DNA from: Lama glama
Lineage: Eukaryota
Length of the DNA: 64,000 nucleotides
Direction: 5' to 3'
Assembly (NCBI GenBank): GCA_028534125.1
Contig: CM052816.1
Coordinates: forward strand, 28,584,001 to 28,648,000
Each line of letters opens with the position of its first letter. Within the stretch, counting starts at the first letter, position 1. Below, piece by piece: positions 13,086-25,980 of the stretch. The translations under genes and the position numbers were made by a program. The notes under the pieces are model-generated. The model was not told the DNA's origin. It did no database searches and was given only the letters and a program-made list of their open reading frames with translations.

Positions 13086-13492
13086 TGAAAATTTAAAAAA
13101 AAAACAACTTAGTAGAGGTACAGATGATTATTTTCGAATTAACTAAATTTGATGTCTTGGAGTTGTAGGTGGATGAGATGAATATATGTAAAGATTTCTG
13201 TATAGAAACCCAGAAGATTACTCCAAAAAGGCAGGAGTAGACTCTCGGGTAACAAGTCCCCATTGCGGCACACCCCTGAGAGATGAAGAGGACCCAAAAG
13301 AGCAGAGAAAGCAACAACCTGTGCCTAAAGGGATAGTGCTCTAAGTCAGAATGACCTGGGAACACTGAAAATGTAAGGTAGACATTACCCCAGTCCACTC
13401 ATTCTATACCTTTTATCTTTATATAGAAAAGTTTCTAGAATGGTATTTGCCAAATGTTAATAATGCCTTTTTTTTTCCTGGAGAATGTGCTT

Positions 13493-13496
<4 letters not shown>

Positions 13497-13541
<45 letters not shown>
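13497..13541. repeat. (GT)22 microsatellite
   Basis: Uninterrupted GT run. Confidence 0.97.
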
Positions 13542-13542
<1 letters not shown>

Positions 13543-13787
13543 TTTCCCTAGTATGTGGATTTTTTCCTAATAATCTATAAAGTTGCAAGTTAATTGTTAT
13601 AGAAAATAAAAGTCTTTCTACAAGCCTATATACATTTCGTATAAAAATAAAAGTCAAAACTCTTCAAAGATAAAACTGAGTATTTCAAATTTCTTCTAAA
13701 TTCCTTGAACATAATATTGTACATCATAAGTTTTTAAGAACTCTTTCCTGGGGCATGACTTCAACAATGAAGGTATAAGGACTGTCA

Positions 13788-14853
13788 CAAAACAACCTAC
13801 AAAATGGGAGAAAAATATTTGCAAATGGTGTGATTGACAAGGGCTTAATTTCCAGAATATACACTCATATAACTTAATAACAAAAAAACAAACAACCCAA
13901 TCAAAAAATGGGCAGAAGACCTAAACATACATTTCTCCAATAAAGTGATACAAATGGCCCATATGCACATGAAAAAATGCCCAAGATGGCTAATTATCAG
14001 AGAAATGCAAATTAAAACTACAATGAGGTTATCACCTCACACTAGTCAGAATGGGCCACAACTAAAAAGTCCACAAATGATAAATGCTGAAGAGGTTGTG
14101 GAGGAAAGGGAGTCCGACTACACTGTTAGTGGGAATGAAGTTTGGTGCAGCCAATATGGAAAACAGTATGGAGATTCCTCAAAAAACTGAAAATAGACTT
14201 AACATATGATCCAGCAATCCCACTCCTGGGCAAATATCTGGAGAAAACTCTAATTCAAAAAGATACATGCACCCCAATGTTCACAGCAGCACCATTTACA
14301 ATAGCCAAGACCTGGAAGCAACCTAAATGTCCACCGACAAATGACTTGATAAAGAAGTTGTGGTATACAGCAAAATACTACTCAGCTATGAAAAAGAATG
14401 AAATAATTCTGTTTACAGCAACATGCATGGACCTGGAGATCATCATACTAAGTAAAGTAAGCCAAAAAGAGAAAAAAATATATCATTTGAGATCACTTAT
14501 ATGGGGAATATGTTTAAAAAGGACATAAATGAACCCTATTTATAAAACACAGACAGACTCACAGACATACAACAAAACAAATTTATGGTTACCACAGGGG
14601 AAAGGGGTTGGGGAGGGATAAATTGGGAGTTCGAGATTTGCAGGTACTAACTACTACATATATAAAACAGATAAACAACAAGGTCCTACTGTATAGCACA
14701 AGGAACTATATTCAATACCTTATAATAGCTTATAATGGAAAATAATATGAAAAAGAATATATATATATATGTAAATACATGTATGTATCACTGAATCACT
14801 ATGTACACCAAAAATTAACACATGGTAAACTGACTATACTTTAATAAAAAAAA
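13788..14853 (+). mobile_element. 5'-truncated L1 (ORF2 C-terminus, 3' UTR, A tail)
   Basis: ORF 14142-14528 '[29 protein letters not shown]...CTPMFTAA...AKTWKQPKCP' is the L1 ORF2 C-terminus and is frameshifted upstream. The 3' UTR is artiodactyl-type. A possible short TSD actgtca lies at 13781-13787 and 14854-14860. Confidence 0.95.
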
Positions 14854-16861
14854 ACTGTCAAAACAAGAAAAAATTTGAATTATCAACCATTCCTATAAGA
14901 TCTGATGTCAAAAAAGCTTTAACAAATAATAGTGTAATTCATTGTTTATAAATGAGCCACAAAGGTGCTCCAAAGGAACTTTAGATAGATTTTCTGAAGA
15001 ATCTATGTAAAAGAAATAAATACAGAAAACATTTCCAAACGATAGTGTATCCTCACCAATAATGGCATGGCTGGATAATCATAATGTGATTGGTGCATAA
15101 TTGTTTCCAGAGTGAGGGAATTTGGTAAGATGGTATCTCTGGATCCCAACCAATAGGATCTTACAATTTTGAGACATATTGTACAATCATCATATAAATT
15201 TTACTCTCATCTTCTCTGTTAGTATAAAACTCAATTTATGCTTACTTTTTAAAATAGGAGAAAGGAGAACCCAAGCATACTCAAAGAGTATACTCAAATT
15301 CTAACAGAATTTCTTTATAATTGTCTCTCCAATTAACTCACTGTCAACAAGTTGACCATGGATGTCTTCAACACATTAAATGCCAGTTAACAACTCTTCC
15401 ATCACTGTCTTGTCAACTTAACTATACAAAGGCTCAGCAGAGTCACGTCAATAAATTAATTATGTTCTGCAGTGTATTTACATACTTAAGGATGTATGCA
15501 TCAATTAAACACTTACAATTTAGCAATATGTCTGGGAGATACTACTCCTTTTTTTCTGTTTTCTCTTGGGTTTTTCTCTACGAAATGAATGCCAATTTAG
15601 AGAGTTCCGAAGTGTCAGTTAGACAGTGGCAGAATGTCACAAAGCAAGCTGCCTAAATAAATGAAGATAGAAACAAGAAGGCCAGATCAAAAGATTCAAA
15701 TTACTCCTCCCGAAATGAATGACCTGCTAGAGAATATATGTGTCCACTGATTTGCTGACTGTATTTGAGAGTGATGGATTATAGATGGAAAACTGAATAC
15801 CAGGCATGTTCTTCTAGACCTCCACTAGCTATCTCAGACCTCTACCTCACTCACCACATTCTAGTCATAATGACCTCAAGCTCACTAGGACATTGCAGAG
15901 GGTGGGAGAAGCCAAGGAACAATATTCTCCTAAAGGTCTTAACCACTCCTTCCAAACAATGGTTCCCATGGTAAAACTGGGATCAAATATGGCAGCCTAT
16001 TGGTTGCCATCAAACTAGGACCACTAAAGATGGGAAGAAGATTCTTATATTCAAGAATGTTTCTGACTTAATAATTTTTCTTTCTTTATGCAGAGAAAAA
16101 AACTTGAACACTGGATTTTTAAGCCCTTGACTTACTCTAGCCAGTGTAATTGGCAAGCACAGAAAATGGAGCTTAGCAAAGAGAATGATATGGTAGGAGA
16201 AGGCTGTCAGTGCATTTCTTTCATTCTTCAATTATTTTTCACCAACTGTATTTCTATTTCTGTTTCTATCTTCTTTTGTACTAAGCTACACAGTGCATGG
16301 AATGATGTAGGTAAAATCCTAAGATTCCAACATGCTCCTCTGAAGCCTCCTGCAGAATGTTTGCTACAGCCTTCTACTATTTTGGTAGTAAGGACTGTCT
16401 GTATAAGTTCCCTGGCTTAGATGGGAAACAGAAACTCTCATCTTGAGTGCTACCAGGGAAACTCTTCCTCACTATTCAAATCCCTCTTCTACTAAAGTTG
16501 TTCATTTCTCCTCCTATCAAATTCGACCCTGCCATTCCTTTACCATACCCACCCACCCAGATCCTCTGCACCTCACCTCATCCAAAATCAGATGCTACTC
16601 AACCCTGCAACAAAACTCTATTTCACTTCTATGGGGTTATCTGAGCACCAGTCTTAAGCTATTTCTCCCCTATTTAATATTTTTAATTAGTTAAGAAAAA
16701 TGGAAGGAAAAGGGAAACAGGGAAGTAAAGTAGAAAAGAATACAGAGCCAATAGAGGGAACTCCAAAACAGAAAGTTCAGAGAGACAGTGAAAGAAATGA
16801 AGGACAAACAAAAGGCAGAGAGAAGAAGTCGAAAAAAGGAAAGGCAGCAAAAAGAGATTTG

Positions 16862-16935
16862 CTATCATTCACGTACACTGAGGGCTTACTCTGGGGTAGG
16901 CATTGTGCTAACTGCTTTACATGTAGTGTTTAAGT
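16862..16935 (-). mobile_element. MIR 3' fragment
   Basis: 'ctgagggcttactctggggtaggcattgtgctaactgctttacatg'. Confidence 0.55.
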
Positions 16936-19667
16936 AAAAAAAAAAAGTGTGCAGCATATTTACAGAGATAGTACTTTTTGCTTGAGAATGGCCTATACGT
17001 CATTCCCAAATGGTCAGTTTGTGTTAGCTTGATATATGACCGGGAAAAAAAGATGTTAAGAAATGTAAACTTCTTAAAAAATGAAACAAATATTGTATAA
17101 TATATTCATAGTCATAATGTATAATATATTCTTTTTCTTCTCATTTTATCCCAGCACACAAAACTCAATTTTGCATTATTTTTATTTAATTAAAAAATGT
17201 TAGTATTAAAAAGAAAGGAAGCCTGTAACAGTGTGTTCAATATTTTCTGGTATTACAGTTGAATGACTTTATCTACTTACAATGCTCTTAAAAGATGTAT
17301 CACCATGGTAACTAGATCCTTTGACAATTATTCTATTTCAGTGCAAATCAATATAAAGGGGTTAAAAAATACCCTGTTCTTGAACCTTGAGATTTATACT
17401 CACTCTTAAAATTGATCCTTTCCTCCCTTGTCATTTTCAAGAGGATGTTTAAGAATTTTTCTCTGTCCTATTTCAACCCTCATCAGCCTGATTTGAACAG
17501 GAGCAGGTCTCAAACCATGAAAGCTGATGCACTTTGTGACAGTGAACTCCCAGCAGGAATTTCTGTACTTAATTCACATGGATAAATATCACCAGAATTT
17601 CTTACATAATCCAGAAGCTTATTTACTATGCTTGCTGTTTTACAGAGAAAAATGTAGACTTTTGTCTTAGAGACCAAGATTTTTAAAGATAAGACAGCAT
17701 TTAACGAAGCCTTACAATACATTATTTCAGTGCACATATAACTTCAGAGATGATTTGGGTTGTAAGTCCCTGTTAAAAGTAAACACTGTTGGAAATTTTA
17801 GAAGTTAGTTAACACCTCTTCTGTGTTTCTGCTGCAATTTTATGTACCTCTTCATTAGCAGTGACCATCATGTCATCATTGACATAATTACTGCAGCGCT
17901 TCTCTCCAGAAAGCATATCAAATTCATCTTTACAATCATTGCACAGCACCTGACAGTAGGCTCTCAACACATGCTGTAATGAGAAGAGCAATCACACTGA
18001 GCACTGGTTGACTTATTCTCCATCAATGACGTGTACCACTTTAATACACATCAAGAACTAATGTCTGCTGGATGGAGATTAATTTTGCATTTCAGGGAGG
18101 AGAGAACATTTAAATATGTAATAAAGAATGGTTGCTTAGCAAATTTGTAAAAATATGATTTTCTATTCAAGCCATATTATCATCCAGGTAAATCAGTCAC
18201 AGTGTCAAACTTCTCTCTTTCCACAAGACCTTTGGGGTCTCTGGAGAACATCCAGACTGTTTAGGATATTTGGAAATCCCATATTATTCAGGTTCCTGCA
18301 CTCCTCACACAAAAGCCCAGCAGGAGGAGGGCAAAGGGAAGACCTGCCAACAGTCTCCAGACGATTTTTCTGCCCTTCTCATGCTTCTGAGGAAAGAACT
18401 TGGCCCTGCATCTTGCTCATACTGAACTCTATATAAGTCACTTTGATACATGGTGTTTCTACCATCACCTCTTTGTACTCTTACCACCAAGGCCCACTCC
18501 TTCCCATTCTGCATTGGATCCTTAAGACTCAGCTGGAAACTCAGACACCTTCACAGAGCCTGAATTCCTATCTGATTTAGGGACTCACTGTATTTCCTCT
18601 GAGGTACCAGTTTTCCCATTTTCTCCTTTTTCATGGGGGTACTTGCCACTCCCAGCTCTTTCTTTTCCCTTACTACCAGAATGGTGAAGTGGCCACAAAT
18701 GATCAGTGTCTTGATTCCTACAAAATAATGTCTGTAGCAATCACCATTCCACTGCACTCAAACGAAGGCTGTTTTAGGGCAACATCAACTCTACCACACT
18801 CCACTGGGTTCTCCTCCACCGCTGCTCTCTGTTCTCACCTTTCTGATTCTCCAGTGTTGACATCGTGCAAAAAGGAACATATTTGTTTTCCTACTGGTGT
18901 CATATTTGGATTCCCTTTTCTGACCTCACCACTCCATTATACCTATACCTAAGTTCTAGAATTTCCCACCACAGCAGCAGGGAAAGGACATCCTACCAGT
19001 CCCAGGTGCACAGGAAGCTTGTCATCACATGCCAGGAGCTGGGCACCCCAAAATGATTACAGCTTTTGTACGTTTTTCCTATCTGAATTTATGTAAAATC
19101 ATACTAAGTAACTTAACCTGGTTTTTTAAAAACCATTTAAGAAAGGGTTCCTTGGAACATCTGCTGATTTTCCTCTACCTCTTCATGCTGTTTCCACACT
19201 GGGCACACAGAAAGGGGAAAGGTAATTTCCATTCTCGTTCGTTTTCACTTCCGGGCTCCTGTGTTCCTCTTGGAGAGGATGTGAAATGCACATCCTGACT
19301 CAGCACTGCCTTTAATGTGCTCATTCTCCCTTCTGCCAAAACGGGCCCAACATCTAGGAACACACACATAAGAAGGTATGTGTCCGCCCTGTCCAGCCTC
19401 TTAGCAGAAAGGTCAGGCAAATGGGAAAGGGGAAAGGAAGCACAATTTTAGATTCCAGAGCCCTCTTCCAGAGACAGGGACCCACGGCGTAGTTCCAAGT
19501 TGTGTTTTCATTTCCACTCTACATATAAATATATTCAGACACTGTTTTAGCTGTATTTCCCAATTTATGACTCAAAATTAGCCAGGGGCTACTCAAACTG
19601 TTATTTGCTAACATGTTAATTTGATCAGAGTTTCTCAAGGCTCTTTGCTTCCTTAATCCCTTAAGAC

Positions 19668-20065
19668 CAAAGTCAGCAAACTACAGCCCATGAGCCAAAT
19701 CTGGTCTGCCACCTGTCTCTGTACAGCCCAGAAGCTAAGAAAGGATTTTACAGATGAACATTAGCAATCAGTTTGATGACAGGGAACAATAACTTTGAAT
19801 CGCGATTAAGGAAAATGTTATTTCTTCTCGAAAAGAATTCAATTAGTCTTATCAGTAGACTTGTATTACAAATATTTGTGCTCAACTATTATCATTATCA
19901 TTATTATTATTGTTATTATTATATTTTGAATTTCATGAATAAAAATTTGTGGGAAAGGGTTTATTATATAAGCATTTACATTATATACTTCATTTTGACT
20001 CTCAGCCCACAAAGCCTAAAATAGCTATTATCAGGTCCTTTAGAGTAGAGATGTGCTGATCCCTG
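19668..20065 (+). mobile_element. MER58-family hAT-Charlie non-autonomous DNA transposon
   Basis: The 5' end 'gtcagcaaactacagcccatgagccaaatctggtctgccacctg' and 3' end 'gcccacaaagcctaaaatagctattatcaggtcctttagag...gctgatccctg' match MER58 termini. Confidence 0.85.
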
Positions 20066-20249
20066 CTTTTTTGGAAGACAGCTGGAGATGTTGCATGAAA
20101 TGCAAAAAACAAACCAACAAACAAACAAACCTCCATAGCAGTTTAATTACAGTAAGACTTCCAAGAGATTCACCTTATATTTTTTTCAGGTTAAACTATG
20201 TATTTTTTTTTCAGGTTAAACTACATGTACTTTTTACAGGCTAAAAAAA

Positions 20250-20298
20250 ATATATATATATACACACACACATACACACACACATATATATATATATA
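20250..20298. repeat. Compound (TA)n(CA)n(TA)n microsatellite
   Basis: Seen directly in the sequence. Confidence 0.85.
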
Positions 20299-20414
20299 AA
20301 CTACATATAAGTATATTTCTTTGTTTTCTGCTGGTTATAATGGATATTAACTAAATTTCATAAGTGACAAGTACTTTGTCTTCATTTTCTCATTAAAACT
20401 ATTTTCAAATTAGT

Positions 20415-20610
20415 ACTCATTACTAGCACTGACTGAATGCTTACTAAGTATTAGACTTTATGAACTTCAAACCCTTCAGGTCGGCAATGTTCCTGTTTAA
20501 AGATGATGATGAAATGAAGGCTCAGAAAGGCTAACCAGCTTACCTAAGATGCACAGCTAGAATGAGGCACAGCTTACTTTGACTCCTGAGCCCCTATTCT
20601 TAACCACAAA
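20415..20610 (-). mobile_element. MIR SINE
   Basis: 'actgaatgcttactaag...gatgaaatgaaggctcagaaaggctaaccagcttacctaagatgcacagctag...gactcctgagcccctattcttaaccac'. Confidence 0.75.
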
Positions 20611-23224
20611 AAATGTATTGTCTCCACTGTTGTTTACCCTCTCCTTCTAGCAACGTCCCTTAACCATCTCCAGTTTCCATTTGTCCTAAAGGTAACAATT
20701 CGTCACTGCTGTTCTCTCCGCCCTTCAGTCCCTTTCAGAAGTGGCCTCACTGGCATGGAGATTTAGAAGTGTAGCAATAGCTATGTCGCAATGCTAACGC
20801 AGACTTCTGGTCCCCTGATCTTGTTTACATCACAAAGTGCAGCATAGAATTGTGGACAAAAGCCAAGACTCAAGATGCAACTGAGAATGAGCTGTGGCTG
20901 CCAAGTCCAATGGGCTTGACTCACTGCCCTGAACTTAGGCGCTTTGGGCAAGGGAGCTGATTTGTGGCAGCTTCCACTTGGGTACTAACCAAAACAGGCT
21001 TTAGGGAGACATTATCCATCAAGGTGAAACCCTATAAAGAGTTAGAGGAAACACAAATCAATTGATCAGAAAAGTCAATGCTTTAGCAATATGGAGCCCA
21101 AGACTATCAATCCACTTCAACCATTAATTTACTGTGTGACAGTCTTCATTTCATATAACCAGGAATTTTTGATTGGCCTACTGTTTTTACTTTGACAATG
21201 TCTATAACATCAAACTTACTTTCCATGATCTTAGGAGCTCTAAAGTCCACCTATACAGTGACATAACCTAGAGAACAACACTGTCTGAGTAACGGCCCAG
21301 TATGAGCAAATTATTCTGATATTGTCTAATCAGATTACACATTATCGGTTCTCTTCAAAGGCTCATCTGGGGTAGTTATGAGACTTCTGCTACAAAGAAG
21401 CCATTGAAAACTAAGATATACAGTCTAAAAATGCCTGTCAATTCTTGAAAAACAATTACTATATACTATTTCATCTGTTGCTTTGTTTTGCTGTTACTGA
21501 GATCAGATTGTTTCCAATTTTTAAGAATGTGATTTAATCAACATGTTGCACTTTCAGACTGTGTTATTTTATGATTACCAATCTCTGGCAGACAGCAGAG
21601 GTGGTACAGGTAGCAGGGGTTCTAGTCCCCAAAGTGTGCCCAGCCCAGGGCTTGAAACACAGAGGAGTTCAGTAAGTACACTGTAAGATGAATAATGAGG
21701 GAGGGCTGTAATAATTCATGTTAGTTTCTGGATTTGTTGCCTGAAAATATATAAGGCATAGAAATGTATTCCAAAAGTCAAAAAGGAAAATAAGTGGTAT
21801 ATAATGACAACTAAACAACATAAATGCTTTTGGAAGATAGACAAATCTGAAAATAACAAGGGACTGGGGTGGCCTGATCTGTGTTTGCATTGGGAAGGGA
21901 GGAGTGTCTGGGTGGGACCTGGTGTATGAAAGGGGAACAGTTTGCCAGGCTTACATTAATGAAAAGAGGGTGATCACAAGATGAGACCTTTATTATCCAA
22001 GCACAGAAAGTCTCTGGGAGCTATTCTATACTTTCTTCACAGCTCATGCCACAGATGATCTTCCCCCTCAGAACAGAAACTCTAGGTCTGGAATTGTGGA
22101 ACTGACCGTCCTCCAGCCCCTTTTCCTACTGAGAATGAATTAAATCAGATTTTCCTTTGGATCTAGCTTATTTGGTTACGTTATGCATGGGGAAACACTT
22201 GCCCAAAAATGCTGTGTCTTCTTTTTCAAAATTTGAAATTCTTTAAACAGGGAGAAAAGCCTATAATTACATAATCATTCATCCATTGCCTCATTAAAAA
22301 GACAAATAAATGTTATGCTCAACATCTATTGCACTAACTTGGCCATTTGAACTACACTCATCAAGGCTTGGTTTTCAAAGTGCACTAATGACTTACAAAC
22401 ACTGACATGTTCTGTAACTGCTTCATGTATATCCATTTTGTCTACGCTAGTTGCTCATGGGTATGGATTTGGCAAGACGACGGCTCTCCCTCACAGTATG
22501 CGCAGAATTTTCTACCCAGCAGTTACTAAAAAAAATGCAATACTGATGCTGCTGCTAAAGGAAATCATATGTTCTTAAATTAGGTCGCGACTGCATATTC
22601 AGTGTGGCCCATGGAACTGAAAAGTATGAAGGGGAACATCCCCTTAATAAATGTGTTTATTTATAATGAGCCATGTTGTAGAAAATGTTTCAGATGGCTT
22701 ATAAAGATTCTTAAAATGTAGTGAGAGAGCATAAATTAAAGGGGGAGGGAAGCAGAAAAAGGAAAAACAATGGACGAGGTACAATTTGCATTAATTTATT
22801 AAGTCTGGATATGGAAGAACAGGCAGAAAGAAGGTGCCCTGAAGCATAGATCCTGTAGCATAGCTTGAATCATTAAGCTTGCAAAGAGAGGGCAGTGTGG
22901 TGAATCTGAAGTCAACATGATTTAGCATATTTAAATAGATAATGAGATGGTTCACATTTACATATCACTTTGCAATACACACACACAAAAATACATTTAT
23001 TTCCTTATCTCAGTAACTCTCCATTAGAGATAAGGAAACTAAGACTCATCAGAAAGAGTGACTTATCATGAAAAACAGCTTTCTGTAGGCTGTAACACCA
23101 AATATTTTTAAGAATTAGAAACTTAAGAAGCAGAATTAGAGGACCTACTATAGGAAATCTCTACTTGACCCTACTGACAAGTGAGACTTTTCTATATTAT
23201 ACTTTTAAGATACAACTTTTGATA

Positions 23225-23301
23225 CTAGGTTTAACCATGTGGAATTACCATTTTGTAGGTCAAAAATGATTAAACATTAGCCATTTCAAATGTTTACCCC
23301 T
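23225..23301 (-). mobile_element. MADE2 mariner-derived MITE (degenerate)
   Basis: ~80 bp 'taggtttaaccatgtggaattaccattttgtaggtcaaaaatgattaaacattagccatttcaaatgttt' resembles the MADE2 palindromic consensus. Confidence 0.75.
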
Positions 23302-23594
23302 CTGGTTTAGATATCAGTGAAAACAAAATATGATACCGATCTCCTGAAGCATCAAAATTTGTTCACCTTCACTTAATTTTCCAGTTTGTACATTATATAT
23401 GTTATGTCTTTATTCAGCAAGAAGAATAAAGACACACTATAAATTACCCTTAAGTACACTAAAATTCTTTTTCAGAACAGTAATTCAGTAACAACAATCT
23501 CTGGATCCTGGTACTGTGTTTTCTGTAGACATTTTTATGGGGTGTATACTAAAAACTATTTCAAGAGAAGATAAAGAATGTAGACACAGAAGTC

Positions 23595-23740
23595 GTCTTA
23601 GCTGTGCTGAAATCCCGATTCAAACTGGTTCGGTGACACTAGGAGGGTGACATAAATATCTGTGTCTGAATTTCATCATCTGTAAATTGAAAATGATGCC
23701 ATCACTGTCCCTAACAATGAGTGCTCTGTAACTCAACAGT
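23595..23740 (+). mobile_element. MIR fragment
   Basis: 'tctgtgtctgaatttcatcatctgtaaattgaaaatgatg'. Confidence 0.5.
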
Positions 23741-25729
23741 TACCTTTGCCTACTGTGGAAAACTCAGAGCCAAGTTGGAAACTCAGCTACAGGAACCACA
23801 CTGATCCTTATGGTCTTCTTATTAATATTCTTTTCCCTGGTTTTCAGTGATTACTTCTTTAAATTTTCCTTTGGTTTTAATTATCTATTTCTTCTTTATT
23901 CCACTTTTATGAGATAGAGTATTTTTCATACCTCAACTCGTTTATGGTACAAGTGGGTTTAAAAAAAACAATAAATGAATATATAAATAATACACACTCT
24001 GAAACTGTTGACTGAGGGTGATTTCTGCCAGAAAATATATGTCACATTAATTTAAGAATGCATATAAATTCAAGCATGATACAACACTGACTGTAGGGAG
24101 TAATAACTGCAGTAAATTATGAAGTCCTCAGAAAAAAAATCAGATTTCAACTGAAAATTAAAGTTAAATCATAAAACATTAATTAATGAATTTTATGTTC
24201 AATAAATGTTGCTACAAATTAAAGTGAAAAGAAATTAAACAGTATAAAGAGAATAAAACATGTTCACTGACATCAATATTAAATGGTTTTTAACTATAAT
24301 ATTCACAAATACAAATGGATTTATTGTATTTGTTTGTGTGATGGCCAAGTTCATATATGCAATCCAAAACAGCATTTGCCCTATTAGTAAAAGCACATTA
24401 ATAATAATGTTGACTATTAAATAACACACTTAATACTATATTGCATAAGTAAGTTATTTCATTGAAATATCTCAATTCTATAGGCAATTACACCTAAAAA
24501 AGTTCCATATACTTTTATGACACCAACATAGAACTAATAACTAGACTGAAATCATATATAAATGTAATGATAAAATGTACTATTTTCTTTCACAGCTTCC
24601 CCTGGCATTGGCTGGGCCCACATTGCAACTGCAGCCCCGCTCGCCTCTCCCTCCGCCTAGTCCTGTTGCTCAGATTTCCTTACAGTTTCCAGGGGGATTT
24701 CCTAATAAGCCTCTTAGGGACAAATCTCCATCTCCCAAGGAGCATGACCTAGGATATTGTGGAGGAAAAAAAATAATAATATTTGCTATAATTCAATCCA
24801 AAAGAAATTAAACAAAGGTATAATCAGCACAATCTTCAAGAATGTTCTTTTTAGAAGGAAGAGACAAACTCCAAGTGGAAAAATAAGATCCTCAACATTT
24901 TAAACAAAGGCTCACCATTTCCACTTAGAATGTTACAGTGTATGACGTATTTTCACATGTAAACGTGTACATGACAACTCACGTGAGATCTTCAAATGAT
25001 GAGAACAATAAAATGCAACAGTGAAAATTACCTAAATCAAAAGCCACCCAATGTTAATACACTGCAAAGTAGTAAAACGCTACGTTTCAGTGGTTGCTAT
25101 AGGTCTGAGGCAACCTGAACCGAGGTCTCGGGGAAGGGTCCCTCTCAGTCTGGGTTCTTTTAAAGGGAAGAAGACATGACTTGCCAATAATAGTCCTTTG
25201 CTTTGCTTATTTTTTTCTTTCTTTGTTTTTACTATAATTTCAGGAGCTGGTTCAAACTCTGTGGGCAAAATTCTACTGAAATATTGTACATCATCATAGG
25301 AAAGTGGAAAAATTTGATTCTCTTTCAAAAGCTTGTGGTGATTCCATACCCTGTAGTGTTTTTTAATAATAATGTTCAAGATTCACATTATCTAGAAAAG
25401 ATTCAGAGAACAGAAAGGATTCCTTTTGGGGTTTATCTATAGATGACCAAACTTAAAAGAGGAGGTCCCTTCAGTCCAGAAAGGGAAAGCTGAAAATCAA
25501 ATAATCAAGTGTTATATAAAAACAAAGAAAAAAAAAAACACATAGATCACTTTTCAGCAATTCCTCAGCATATGAAATCCTCTAATGAGCCACCTCCCTC
25601 TTACATCTGTGTTCTTTTTCACTGGATTATACCATTTAATATTCAAAGACTCTTGTATCTCATATCTTTGATCTTAAGACTCCCTTCGGCCTCTAAAGAG
25701 GAGCTGTAATTAGATCCTATGTCTCTGTT

Positions 25730-25980
25730 CTCCACTACTGCTCATAACAACCTCCTCAAACCTGACGGCCACCTGCACTGCCCAGTGAAATGACCCCCGC
25801 TATGGAGCTATTAAAACCATTGGGTACTTTCCTCCCCTCCCACCACACTTACTTTACTTCACTTCTCAGTGGCAGCCGAACATCCCTTCCTTCTTTAAAA
25901 GGGTTCTGCTCTTGTCTTCAGTGACACTTAACCTTCATGGTTTTCTTTTTAACCTGCTGGCAGCTCTTTCGGTTTCTGAT
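25730..25980 (+). mobile_element. L2 RT-region fragment (followed by an antisense L2 tail at ~26000-26095)
   Basis: 'acttctcagtggcagc...ttgtcttcagtgacacttaaccttcatggttttc' resembles L2 RT, then an antisense (ttca)n tail follows. Confidence 0.5.

Noticed and set aside
13945..14528. ORFs as functional CDS
   Set aside because: They are frameshifted fragments of a 5'-truncated L1 ORF2.
20179..20245. Three short copies of ttttcaggttaaacta-like unit
   Set aside because: Local slippage duplication next to a microsatellite. It has no unique spacers and is not CRISPR-like.
25080..25379. 99-aa minus-strand ORF
   Set aside because: It has a non-ATG start, no recognisable homology and no convincing splice donor.
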